From a virus (taxonomy: Duplodnaviria > Heunggongvirae > Uroviricota > Caudoviricetes), in the IMG/VR virus record IMGVR_UViG_2563366939_000004, positions 1-24,834 of that record: a stretch of DNA of 24,834 nucleotides. One strand, 5' to 3'. This document shows positions 8,774 to 16,872 of this stretch, in pieces; within the stretch, counting starts at the first letter, position 1; each line of letters opens with the position of its first letter. Both the position numbers and the translations under genes were made by a program. Under the pieces are notes generated by a model. It did not search any database and had not been told where the DNA came from. It saw nothing but the letters and a program-made list of their open reading frames with translations.

Positions 8774-8929
8774 TTACTCCTCAGGTTCGTAAGCTGTGAA
8801 GACAGCGACCTCCGTCTGGCCGGTTCGGATTCGTACCTCACAGAGGTCTTTCCTCGTTACCAGTGCCGTCACTATGACGGTTAAACAGATGACGATCAGG
8901 GCGATTAACATCGCCTTTTGCTGCTTCAT
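8774..8929 (-). CDS. Hok-family type I toxin (51 aa)
   Basis: Hand translation gives MKQQKAMLIALIVICLTVIVTALVTRKDLCEVRIRTGQTEVAVFTAYEPEE, a Hok/Gef family sequence; missed by ORF track because under 60 aa. Confidence 0.85.
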   Translation of the reverse strand: MKQQKAMLIALIVICLTVIVTALVTRKDLCEVRIRTGQTEVAVFTAYEPEE

Positions 8930-9451
8930 AGCCTGCTTCTCCTTGACCTTTCGGTCCGTAAGAGGCTAATCTCTATGTGTCGCATAGATATGGCCTCAGA
9001 TTAATGTTAAACGTCTTGCAGGACGCGTAATGTTAACTGGGGCTTTTCTCTATCTACCTTTGGTGTTCATGCCCGAGGCAGATAGCCTCAAGCACCCACA
9101 GCAATTCTAACTATCCAATACATCACTGCCAACACTTTAAACTCTTACCCTTTAAAACAAGAACAAAATTCAACCAATCAGCATTGGGCGTATACTCATA
9201 TCCTAGAGAAAACAACTCTTTCTGTACTATTTATATCCATATGATTTATAAGCATTTGCCACTTGCCATAGCCGCACAATGACAGTTTGCCATTTGATGT
9301 CAATAGATAAAAATGATCGTTTTCAATGAGTTACATACTTGCAAGGCGTTGCACATCAGGCCCGATTACGTCAGTATCAAAAGATTACAGATGGTGCATT
9401 ACTGCCACCTCGCCTTAATGTTCCAGAACTCTCCAACTTGAGGAATTTTCA

Positions 9452-10225
9452 ATGACATCCTTTCAATTATCTTTGATTTCTCGTGAAATTGACGGCGAAA
9501 TAATACATTTACGTGCCAAAGATGGTTACATAAACGCCACATCAATGTGTAGAACTGCGGGCAAACTGCTCTCTGATTACACTAGACTCAAAACTACTCA
9601 AGAGTTTTTTGACGAATTATCACGCGATATGGGAATTCCCATATCGGAGTTAATTCAATCATTTAAAGGTGGAAGACCTGAAAACCAAGGGACATGGGTG
9701 CATCCTGACATCGCTATTAATCTAGCGCAGTGGCTATCGCCCAAATTTGCAGTCCAGGTTTCAAGATGGGTTCGTGAATGGATGTCAGGGGAAAGAACTA
9801 CAGCAGAAATGCCTGTACATTTAAAACGGTACATGGTTAATCGTAGTAGAATTCCTCACACGCACTTTTCTATTCTTAATGAACTGACATTCAACTTGGT
9901 TGCACCTCTTGAACAAGCAGGGTACACACTCCCAGAAAAAATGGTTCCTGACATTTCACAAGGAAGAGTATTTTCACAATGGTTAAGAGATAATAGAAAC
10001 ATAGAACCCAAAACATTCCCTACCTATGACCATGAATATCCCGATGGTCGCGTATACCCTGCAAGGCTGTACCCAAATGAATATTTAGCAGATTTCAAAG
10101 AACATTTTAACAATATTTGGTTGCCGCAATATGCCCCGAAATACTTCGCTGACCGGGACAAAAAGGCTCTCGCCTTGATTGAAAAAATTATGCTACCTAA
10201 CCTCGATGGCAATGAACAGTTCTAA
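9452..10225 (+). CDS. KilA-N domain protein with uncharacterised C-terminal domain (257 aa)
   Basis: N-terminal KilA-N/APSES-like region (IDGEIIHLRAKDGYINATSMCRTAGK...WVHPDIAINLAQWLSPKFAVQVSRWV); GAGGA RBS; opposite strand to neighbours; AT-rich flanks. Confidence 0.65.
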   Translation: MTSFQLSLISREIDGEIIHLRAKDGYINATSMCRTAGKLLSDYTRLKTTQEFFDELSRDMGIPISELIQSFKGGRPENQGTWVHPDIAINLAQWLSPKFAVQVSRWVREWMSGERTTAEMPVHLKRYMVNRSRIPHTHFSILNELTFNLVAPLEQAGYTLPEKMVPDISQGRVFSQWLRDNRNIEPKTFPTYDHEYPDGRVYPARLYPNEYLADFKEHFNNIWLPQYAPKYFADRDKKALALIEKIMLPNLDGNEQF

Positions 10226-10227
10226 AT

Positions 10228-10258
10228 GATTAGCCAGCCCCATAAGGGCTGGTTATTT
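10228..10258 (+). terminator. Putative intrinsic terminator after KilA-N gene
   Basis: agccagccccataagggctggttattt: stem CCAGCCC/GGGCTGG followed by T-rich tract. Confidence 0.5.
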
Positions 10259-10265
10259 AGTATTA

Positions 10266-10349
10266 TCAACCCCAGCGGCAAATCGAATACACCACCAGCG
10301 CCACCGCCATCGCAATTCCTACCGTTGTGAATGCTTCAGACCAGGTCAT
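10266..10349 (-). CDS. Putative 27-aa hydrophobic small protein (MTWSEAFTTVGIAMAVALVVYSICRWG)
   Basis: GGAGG 9 nt upstream of ATG; single TM-like segment; immediately downstream of 149-aa gene. Confidence 0.25.
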   Translation of the reverse strand: MTWSEAFTTVGIAMAVALVVYSICRWG

Positions 10350-10398
10350 CGTAAAACATCCTCCACGCTTATAAGTCCGCTTCGCTCCAGGTAGTCCA

Positions 10399-10848
10399 TC
10401 ACTTTATCCGGCAATTTGCAGCCGGTTTCGCTTTCTTCAGTTGACTAACCAATTGTTTAACCAGCATTGTCAATTCGCGAACTTGTTTCCCGGGCTCCCC
10501 TTTGCCCTGAAGCAGGGCAGCGCGGCAAGCGTTCCATCCCTCAGCATATGTTTCAGTTACACCATCGAGATGGCATGTAAGCAAATCCATTTCTTCCGGC
10601 ACTACGGGCGCTGGAAAAACGGCATAGGATGGCGTCCATTTTGGCGCTTTATCTCCAGCCGAACGCTGATACCAGTCATCCGGTTTGTATTCATAAAAAT
10701 CACCAACTGGCTCTGCTTCCAGAGATGCCAGAGCAATTTTGAATAATTCGCCCTCTACCCGTGCCATCCCTGAATTGGGGTGGCATTTCTCAATCGCTAT
10801 TTTTAATTTAGCTTCTTCGATTAATTGCTTTTTGGTTAATTCAGTCAT
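10399..10848 (-). CDS. Hypothetical phage protein (149 aa)
   Basis: ORF in early-region operon; no recognisable motif. Confidence 0.5.
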   Translation of the reverse strand: MTELTKKQLIEEAKLKIAIEKCHPNSGMARVEGELFKIALASLEAEPVGDFYEYKPDDWYQRSAGDKAPKWTPSYAVFPAPVVPEEMDLLTCHLDGVTETYAEGWNACRAALLQGKGEPGKQVRELTMLVKQLVSQLKKAKPAANCRIK

Positions 10849-11009
10849 TTTTCATTACCGCCCTTTCGGGCCGCCTCCTAATATTTTGAGGGTGCAGCCC
10901 CCCCCTCCGGTTAAGGATTAAATTTTATTTACAGTGCTAAATTTAATTATTCAGATTTGGATTATGATTTCTCTTTCAGTTCACGCAGTTCCCTGATTGT
11001 TAATTTGGC

Positions 11010-11447
11010 TCACAACAGCACATCCTGAAAATTACCCTGATAGAACGCCAGTACACGCTGTATGACTTCGCTCTTCCGGCACTCGCGACAGATTATATTC
11101 AGACGCCTGTCATAGCGGCGTATTTCTCCGTCTGGTAATGACCAGATAAGGTCCGGATCAACTACAGCAGGTTTCTTCACCTTTGCCCTCGATAGTTTTT
11201 TGCGGGCGTTTTGCCAGTCCTTACGAGCCTGTTCAGAGGGAAATAGCCCGTAGCCGGAGTTATATACATCGCCACTGGCAACCAGCTCTCTGGCGAGAAC
11301 GCTCATTAAATATCTTGTCGCACCTGTCTTAGCTTCAAGTTGTCGTAACGTCTCGCGCCCATTCTGGCGCACGAGTTCAACAACCTGCCCCTTAATTTTT
11401 TCCCGCTCTTCTTGTGTAAATACTTTTGCCATAAGCGCCTCCGGCAA
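11010..11447 (-). CDS. Hypothetical phage protein (145 aa), basic, CxxC pair near C-terminus
   Basis: ORF abutting stop of upstream gene. Confidence 0.5.
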   Translation of the reverse strand: MPEALMAKVFTQEEREKIKGQVVELVRQNGRETLRQLEAKTGATRYLMSVLARELVASGDVYNSGYGLFPSEQARKDWQNARKKLSRAKVKKPAVVDPDLIWSLPDGEIRRYDRRLNIICRECRKSEVIQRVLAFYQGNFQDVLL

Positions 11448-12209
11448 TCACTTTTCCGATACAACACAGCGGGAAGAATCAGTAATCTGGCGAACAATAT
11501 CCCGGTGCTTGTTCAACTCCCGCAGCGCGGCGCAGACACGCTCCCACTTCTGGACATGGCTTTTCGCCCGACGCAGTTCACGATTTGCTATATGCAGCGA
11601 TGGTAAAATCAGGTTATCCGCTTGCGTTTCAGTAAACGATGGCAACGACTGCACAATGTCCGCCACAGTTTCTGTTTTAATATCTTCCTGTGTTGCAGCT
11701 TCCAGTACTGGTAACGCAACACCGGCTGGCTGAGGAAAGGCTTTACCATCAGTTTCCGCTACCGATGCAGCTTTCGGCTCTGCTGGTAAATTATCGCCCG
11801 GCATGCAGTAACGAAATTTACCGTTCTGATTAACGCGAATCAGACGACCTTTACTGATTGCCATTGCCAGCGTTGAAGCCACTTTGCGTGATGTGATGCC
11901 GAAAAACGTAGCCAGTTCTTCCGCCGTTTGTGGGCCACGTTGTTCAATCGTCGCAGTTAAATCGCACTCCGAAATTTTTGCGACTGTTGCCGTGGTGGTT
12001 TCTTCCGGCAGTTCTGCCTGCTCTGGCTGTTCCTGCTGAACGTTGTTATCAGCCACGCGCCAGGTGTATACGCTTTTATCAACGAAGCCAGCCTTTTTCA
12101 GTTCCCACAGCTCGTTCAGCACTTCTTCACGACTGATATCAAGTCGCGCAGCCAGTTCTACCGACGTAGCTTTCCCCATTGCTTTCAGTGCGTCAAAAAC
12201 AGTCTCCAT
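11448..12209 (-). CDS. Hypothetical protein with two winged-helix-like DNA-binding segments (about 254 aa from ATG at 12209; longer start at 12260 possible)
   Basis: Repeated HTH-like segments ([30 protein letters not shown] and [31 protein letters not shown]); GGAG upstream of 12209. Confidence 0.5.
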   Translation of the reverse strand: METVFDALKAMGKATSVELAARLDISREEVLNELWELKKAGFVDKSVYTWRVADNNVQQEQPEQAELPEETTTATVAKISECDLTATIEQRGPQTAEELATFFGITSRKVASTLAMAISKGRLIRVNQNGKFRYCMPGDNLPAEPKAASVAETDGKAFPQPAGVALPVLEAATQEDIKTETVADIVQSLPSFTETQADNLILPSLHIANRELRRAKSHVQKWERVCAALRELNKHRDIVRQITDSSRCVVSEK

Positions 12210-12231
12210 TAAATTTTTCTCCCGGTAAAAA

Positions 12232-12978
12232 TTACTTCGCAATTCCTGGCTGGACGACATTCGGACGCCAGCTCTCCCAGTTAAAATTCACCCATCGCCC
12301 GCCGTTCATGGTCATGCGATCCATAATCCGCTCGCCGAGCAATGTTTTCATGGCCCCATAGTTCAGGTTTGTCAGCATCCCCACGCTGCGCATCGACGCT
12401 GTCCGGCGATCAACAATCTGGTGCAGTACCACCTGCTCGTTTTTCGTCTCGCGCTGAATGCCAATTTCATCAAGAACCAGCAGATCCACTTCGCACAGTT
12501 CCCGCAAAAATTTTTCGCCTGATTTCCCGTCGTCATAGCTGGCGTGTAGAGCACTCATGACATCAGCCACGGTAACCACAATCACTGTCTGGCCATCTTT
12601 CAGCAGGCGATTCCCGATTGCCGCCGCCAGATGGTTTTTTCCGGTACCAGGTTTTCCGCTGAACGCAAAATTTGTACACCCGGTCATCAGTTCATCAGCG
12701 ATAGATTTCGCCTGGCTCAACGCGTATCGCTGGCCGTCGTTCTGCACCAGGTAATTCGCAAACGAGCATTTGCGGTGCAACGGCTGGATGCCGGAGCGAT
12801 TCAGGATTTTTTCCACCCGCAACTGACGATTCTGACGGTTGATCTCCTCACAACGTTTCTGGCCTTCTGCAAGTTGCCACTCGCGCCACTCAGCCACCGT
12901 CCTGAATGGGGCGGTTACATGTGGCGGGGCCAGTCTGCGGATACGTTCAAGAATGCCGCCTGCCGCAATATTTTTCAT
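12232..12978 (-). CDS. ydaV: DnaC/IstB-like AAA+ replication protein (helicase loader, lambda P analogue)
   Basis: Walker [16 protein letters not shown] and Walker B LLVLDEIG; 248 aa as recalled for K-12 YdaV. Confidence 0.8.
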   Translation of the reverse strand: MKNIAAGGILERIRRLAPPHVTAPFRTVAEWREWQLAEGQKRCEEINRQNRQLRVEKILNRSGIQPLHRKCSFANYLVQNDGQRYALSQAKSIADELMTGCTNFAFSGKPGTGKNHLAAAIGNRLLKDGQTVIVVTVADVMSALHASYDDGKSGEKFLRELCEVDLLVLDEIGIQRETKNEQVVLHQIVDRRTASMRSVGMLTNLNYGAMKTLLGERIMDRMTMNGGRWVNFNWESWRPNVVQPGIAK

Positions 12979-12984
12979 GGTCAG

Positions 12985-13842
12985 TTACCCCCTGAAGCCT
13001 GGCGGGATCGCACTATCCGGTAACGAGACGGTGTTAACCTGTCGGAGTAACGTCTCAGGTCGAACACCTTTTGGCGCGAACAAGCCCTGGTATTCATTGG
13101 CGATGCTGTGTCGAATCACCTGCTCAGGTGAAAAACCCTGCTGGCGGAATTTTTCCAGCTCCCGTATCGCCCCGTTAGCGCCCTGCTCCGTTCGAATCGG
13201 TTTACGCAATGCCTGGCGAAATTCAACCCACTCACGCCAAAGCGAGACAGAAATCCAGTTCGGCAAAGCAATATCCAGAGGGTCAAACTTTTTAACACCT
13301 CGATTCCCCCGGGGGGGATTTAGGGGGGGATCTGTTTTTAGATCTTTATCTGTATCTTTATTAGTTGCCTTTGTGTTGACATCGTGTTCAAACACCACTT
13401 CAACATCTGTTTGAACACCTGTTAAATTTCTCTCTTGTTTTGTTTGAACATCTGCTTCCTTTCTGCTTCTTCTGGCCTGAACCGATGCTTTTCCTGCGGC
13501 TGATTTTTTGGTTAATTTTTCCCTGACTGATGCCAGATCTTCCTCAATCCGAAGATGCACCCATTCCTCGCCGTTATCACAAAAAAACTCCCGCAAGGAT
13601 GGTTCAACATCAGCCCATCGCTCGTTAGTCAGGCGGGCAATTTTTGCCAGCCTGTTTTTGGGTATTGGCTTTCCTGTTTGCCAGTAATTGAACATCAGCA
13701 ACAAATACGCACCGTGCTCCTCTGCTGACAAATGCATGGTGTCAGCCAGGTAATCAGCTATGTACAGTTGCATGTATGGTAATGCGGCCATAATTGCCCC
13801 GTATGATGCTGCCCGGTTGCTTAGAATAAGCACAAACAGCAT
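12985..13842 (-). CDS. ydaU: Replication initiation-type protein (lambda O analogue position), YdaU-like
   Basis: 285-aa ORF upstream of DnaC-like gene; length and synteny match recalled K-12 YdaU. Confidence 0.7.
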   Translation of the reverse strand: MLFVLILSNRAASYGAIMAALPYMQLYIADYLADTMHLSAEEHGAYLLLMFNYWQTGKPIPKNRLAKIARLTNERWADVEPSLREFFCDNGEEWVHLRIEEDLASVREKLTKKSAAGKASVQARRSRKEADVQTKQERNLTGVQTDVEVVFEHDVNTKATNKDTDKDLKTDPPLNPPRGNRGVKKFDPLDIALPNWISVSLWREWVEFRQALRKPIRTEQGANGAIRELEKFRQQGFSPEQVIRHSIANEYQGLFAPKGVRPETLLRQVNTVSLPDSAIPPGFRG

Positions 13843-13854
13843 GGAAACTTTTGC

Positions 13855-14277
13855 TTAATGAACAATGACAGAATCGTCGGAAGACCCGCCGCCGCTGAAA
13901 TGTGCTTTCCGGTAAACGGCTTGGACTGCATCATCATGCGCATCAATTGCCGTACTTAACGCTTCCTGCGCCGCCAGTAATGCACGGCGTTCCAGGGTAT
14001 CGAAGATGCAGAGTCGGTGACGCAGCTCGCGCGGAAGGATTGCCAGAATTGCTGGGATCAGCTTCTGAATTTTTTCTCTTTGCGTTTTCGTTTCACCTTT
14101 CAACCAACGGTGATAGATATTCTGCTGATTGTTCCAGTCCTTGCCTGGAACCAGGGGCAATTCGCCGTCCCCCTGGCGCAGATATTCTTCAGTAATTGCA
14201 TTGGCTACCCATGCCTGCCCTTTTTCGGCTGCCAGGGCTAACAACACTGATTCGATGTGCTCATGCTTGATTTTCAT
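13855..14277 (-). CDS. ydaT: YdaT (CII-position protein of Rac immunity region)
   Basis: 140 aa; ATGA overlap with ydaS stop; synteny with racR. Confidence 0.75.
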   Translation of the reverse strand: MKIKHEHIESVLLALAAEKGQAWVANAITEEYLRQGDGELPLVPGKDWNNQQNIYHRWLKGETKTQREKIQKLIPAILAILPRELRHRLCIFDTLERRALLAAQEALSTAIDAHDDAVQAVYRKAHFSGGGSSDDSVIVH

Positions 14278-14528
14278 GAATCAACTCCCATCAGCTTTTT
14301 CGTAGTAGTTTTATTTTTGCCAATAGTTAAAATTGCATCGGCAGAAAATAATCCGTTTGATGCATGAGCGATTTTTTCAGCGTAATTTGTTTCGCCGGTA
14401 TATTCTGTGCGAGGCAGTTTTCCGTTATCCATCCATTTGTAGATTGCTCTTTGGCTGACACCACAAACGTCGGCCACAACAGAAACGCGAACAGTTTTGA
14501 TTACATCTTCAAGTGTTTTCTGGTTCAT
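14274..14528 (-). CDS. ydaS: YdaS, Cro-like HTH protein (start at ATG 14528 with GAGGGTGA RBS; ORF-track version is extended upstream)
   Basis: HTH segment VVADVCGVSQRAIYKWM; divergent from racR. Confidence 0.7.
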   Translation of the reverse strand: MNQKTLEDVIKTVRVSVVADVCGVSQRAIYKWMDNGKLPRTEYTGETNYAEKIAHASNGLFSADAILTIGKNKTTTKKLMGVDS

Positions 14529-14607
14529 ATCACCCTCACAATGTGAACTTTGAGTACATGCTATAACAGAACTGACAGTACATTCAAGAGCGAATATCAT
14601 TGAACTT
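14529..14607. promoter_or_regulatory. Divergent racR / ydaS promoter-operator region (OR-like)
   Basis: Repeated AGTACAT motifs (14553, 14576) between divergently oriented repressor and Cro-like genes. Confidence 0.5.
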
Positions 14608-15027
14608 ATGGTTCATGAAGATAAAGCGCGTAAAGAGTTCGCCAGTAGGCTTGCGCTAGCCTGTGAAAACGCTGGTTATGAACAACATGGAAGGCAGGCA
14701 GAAATTGCCCGTCGAATGAAATTAACACCAAAAGCGGTTAGCAAATGGTTTAATGGCGAAACAATTCCTCGCCGAGAGAAATTAAGGGAATTAGCAACAC
14801 TCATTGGAACAACACCAACCTATCTTTTGGGAGAGGATACAGAAGAAAGTGGACAGGTACGTTTCTATCAGGAGTTAAATCCAAGACAAAAAATCATCAT
14901 TGACCTTCTGGACGAGCTCCCTGACAGTGAGACAGATGAACTTTTAAAAACTCTTGAGGAGAAAAAACAGAAGTACAATGCAATTTACGAAGAGTTAGCA
15001 CGAAAGAAAAAACAAAAAGCCTCTTAA
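14608..15027 (+). CDS. racR: RacR prophage repressor (HTH, XRE-like)
   Basis: 139-aa ORF with HTH (MKLTPKAVSKWFNGETIP); first in-frame ATG; in-frame stop at 14551 limits N-terminal extension. Confidence 0.8.
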   Translation: MVHEDKARKEFASRLALACENAGYEQHGRQAEIARRMKLTPKAVSKWFNGETIPRREKLRELATLIGTTPTYLLGEDTEESGQVRFYQELNPRQKIIIDLLDELPDSETDELLKTLEEKKQKYNAIYEELARKKKQKAS

Positions 15028-15094
15028 ACCAGCATAAATCCGGTAGCGTCTCCCTCCGGGTTTGTGCTTCACTTTATCCCATCTCATTTTTTTA

Positions 15095-15150
15095 CACACA
15101 AAATGTACTTAAAGTACTTTACAACAATGAACACAAAGTACATTATATAC
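15095..15150. promoter_or_regulatory. Second operator-like cluster downstream of racR (OL/PL-like) including 10-bp palindrome AAAGTACTTT
   Basis: ATGTACT, AAAGTACTTT, AAGTACAT motifs sharing the core seen in the racR-ydaS intergenic region. Confidence 0.45.
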
Positions 15151-15315
15151 CTACCAACCCCCCCCCGCCCCACAGAACGCAGGGCAATACTTCGAGTTAC
15201 CAGGCAGTGGTCAGGGGTTAAGTAGCCAGCCCGAGGCGTATGAACATGACGGCGGGATTCAAATTTTGCAGTGCAGCAGTTAGTTCCGCCACCCGGCGTT
15301 AAGGGGAGAGATAAG

Positions 15316-15450
15316 ATGGTGTATTACGAAGTAGTTCAGTTTTTGATGGATTGTTGCGATATCACTTACAGCCAGGCTGTACAGGCTCTACGCAGCAACG
15401 ACTGGGATCTCTGGCAGGCAGAAGCCTCTATCCGCAACAACAAAATGTGA
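15316..15450 (+). CDS. ydaG: YdaG-like small protein (44 aa)
   Basis: MVYYEVVQFLMDCCDITYSQAVQALRSNDWDLWQAEASIRNNKM; GGGGAGAG RBS; below ORF-track cutoff. Confidence 0.6.
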   Translation: MVYYEVVQFLMDCCDITYSQAVQALRSNDWDLWQAEASIRNNKM

Positions 15451-15460
15451 GGTGCGAAAA

Positions 15461-15613
15461 ATGCAAAAAATCGACCTCGGCAATAACGAATCCCTGGTGT
15501 GCGGCGTGTTCCTCAACCAGGATGGAACGTTCACCGCCATGACTTATACCAAAAGCAAAACATTTAAAACAGAAACAGGCGCACGTCGCTGGCTTGCCAG
15601 AAATACTTGCTAA
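15461..15613 (+). CDS. ydaF: YdaF-like small protein (50 aa)
   Basis: MQKIDLGNNESLVCGVFLNQDGTFTAMTYTKSKTFKTETGARRWLARNTC; follows ydaG by 10 nt. Confidence 0.55.
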   Translation: MQKIDLGNNESLVCGVFLNQDGTFTAMTYTKSKTFKTETGARRWLARNTC

Positions 15614-16033
15614 TCCATTATTTGGATTAATTCAATATTCTCGCTGTAGGGGTATAGCAGAAACCACCAAAGCCCGGAGGTGGTGAAATAAAACCGGGCA
15701 CAACACGAAGGCGCATTTCCGATATCCATAAAGAGTCGGTCTTGTCTGTTAAATTTAAATGGTGGGAGTGCGCCTCCGGTTGTGAATAACAACACTGCTG
15801 TGTGTAGTCTTGGCGGCATCAGTTTTTTCTTGAAGTTCGACTGATGTCCGCCCTTTTTAAAGTGAATTTTGTGATGCGGTGAATGCGGCTAAGCGCACGC
15901 GGCACAGTTAAAAGTCATGTTAGTCCTTATTGGTTTGGGTGGGAAAACCGACTGTAATTGTTAACTGGTTGCAGTCACCTGGAGGCACCAGGCACCGCAT
16001 CAACAAAGTTCATTTGTAAAAATGGAGATAATT

Positions 16034-16255
16034 ATGATTGCACATCACTTCGGAACTGATGAAATACCACGTCAGTGTGTGACTCCTGGTGATTATGTTC
16101 TTCATGAAGGCCGGACATATATCGCCTCGGCAAACAATATTAAAAAGCGAAAACTTTATATTCGTAACCTGACTACAAAAACATGCATTTCTGACTGCAT
16201 GATTAAAGTCTTCCTCGGTCGTGATGGTTTACCTGTAAAGGCGGAGTCATGGTGA
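16034..16255 (+). CDS. kilR: KilR, FtsZ-targeting killing protein of Rac
   Basis: 73 aa [32 protein letters not shown]... matches recalled KilR. Confidence 0.85.
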   Translation: MIAHHFGTDEIPRQCVTPGDYVLHEGRTYIASANNIKKRKLYIRNLTTKTCISDCMIKVFLGRDGLPVKAESW

Positions 16256-16425
16256 TGACTAAGAAAATAAAATGTGCTTACCACCTTTGCAATAAAGGAA
16301 TTGAAGAAAGCAAAAGCATTAAAAGACCACTTCATTTCATGCGTGGAGTTATCCCAACGACGGAAATGAAAAAATATTGTAGTGAAAATTGTGCCGAAAA
16401 AGACCAGATGGCACACGAACTTTAA
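16255..16425 (+). CDS. ydaE: YdaE-like small Cys-rich protein (56 aa)
   Basis: [18 protein letters not shown]...YCSENCAEKDQMAHEL; start overlaps kilR stop; below ORF-track cutoff. Confidence 0.65.
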   Translation: MTKKIKCAYHLCNKGIEESKSIKRPLHFMRGVIPTTEMKKYCSENCAEKDQMAHEL

Positions 16426-16498
16426 TTAACTGACTATGCGAAACTGAATTTATGCCAGCAATGGCAGGGATTCGCTCAACCTTAATTAAGGAGAAAAA

Positions 16499-16774
16499 AT
16501 GATTACCAATTATGAAGTCACTGTTGTAACTACCGATGACATTGTTCACGAGGTTAATCTGGAAGGAAAGCGTATTGGCTACGTCATTAAAACAGAAAAT
16601 AAAGAAACCCCATTCACTGTGGTTGATATTGACGGCCCATCAGGCAACGTAAAAACACTTGATGAAGGTGTCACAAAAATGAGTCTGGTTCACATCGGAA
16701 AGAATCTGCCCGCAGAAAAAAAAGCCGGATTTCTGGCAACTCTGATTGCAATGAAATTAAAAGGTGAAATCTGA
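16499..16774 (+). CDS. racC: RacC
   Basis: 91 aa, AAGGAG RBS, synteny upstream of recE. Confidence 0.8.
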   Translation: MITNYEVTVVTTDDIVHEVNLEGKRIGYVIKTENKETPFTVVDIDGPSGNVKTLDEGVTKMSLVHIGKNLPAEKKAGFLATLIAMKLKGEI

Positions 16775-16872
16775 AAAAAGAAAGCCTGCACAACGTGCAG
16801 GCCTGAGTGAAGAACCTGGGACATTTATTCATCACTCGCAGTAATTTTAATCTGAGTTGAGGTTAAAAAACA

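Noticed and set aside
12839-13414. 191-aa plus-strand ORF and other antisense ORFs across ydaU/ydaV
   Set aside because: Antisense to conserved replication genes with recognisable Walker motifs.
15351-15542. 63-aa plus-strand ORF
   Set aside because: Alternative frame spanning ydaG and ydaF, which each have their own RBS and match known small Rac proteins.
15610-15819. 69-aa minus-strand ORF as a sieB candidate
   Set aside because: Too short, not membrane-protein-like, no RBS; overlaps a hairpin; probably non-coding.
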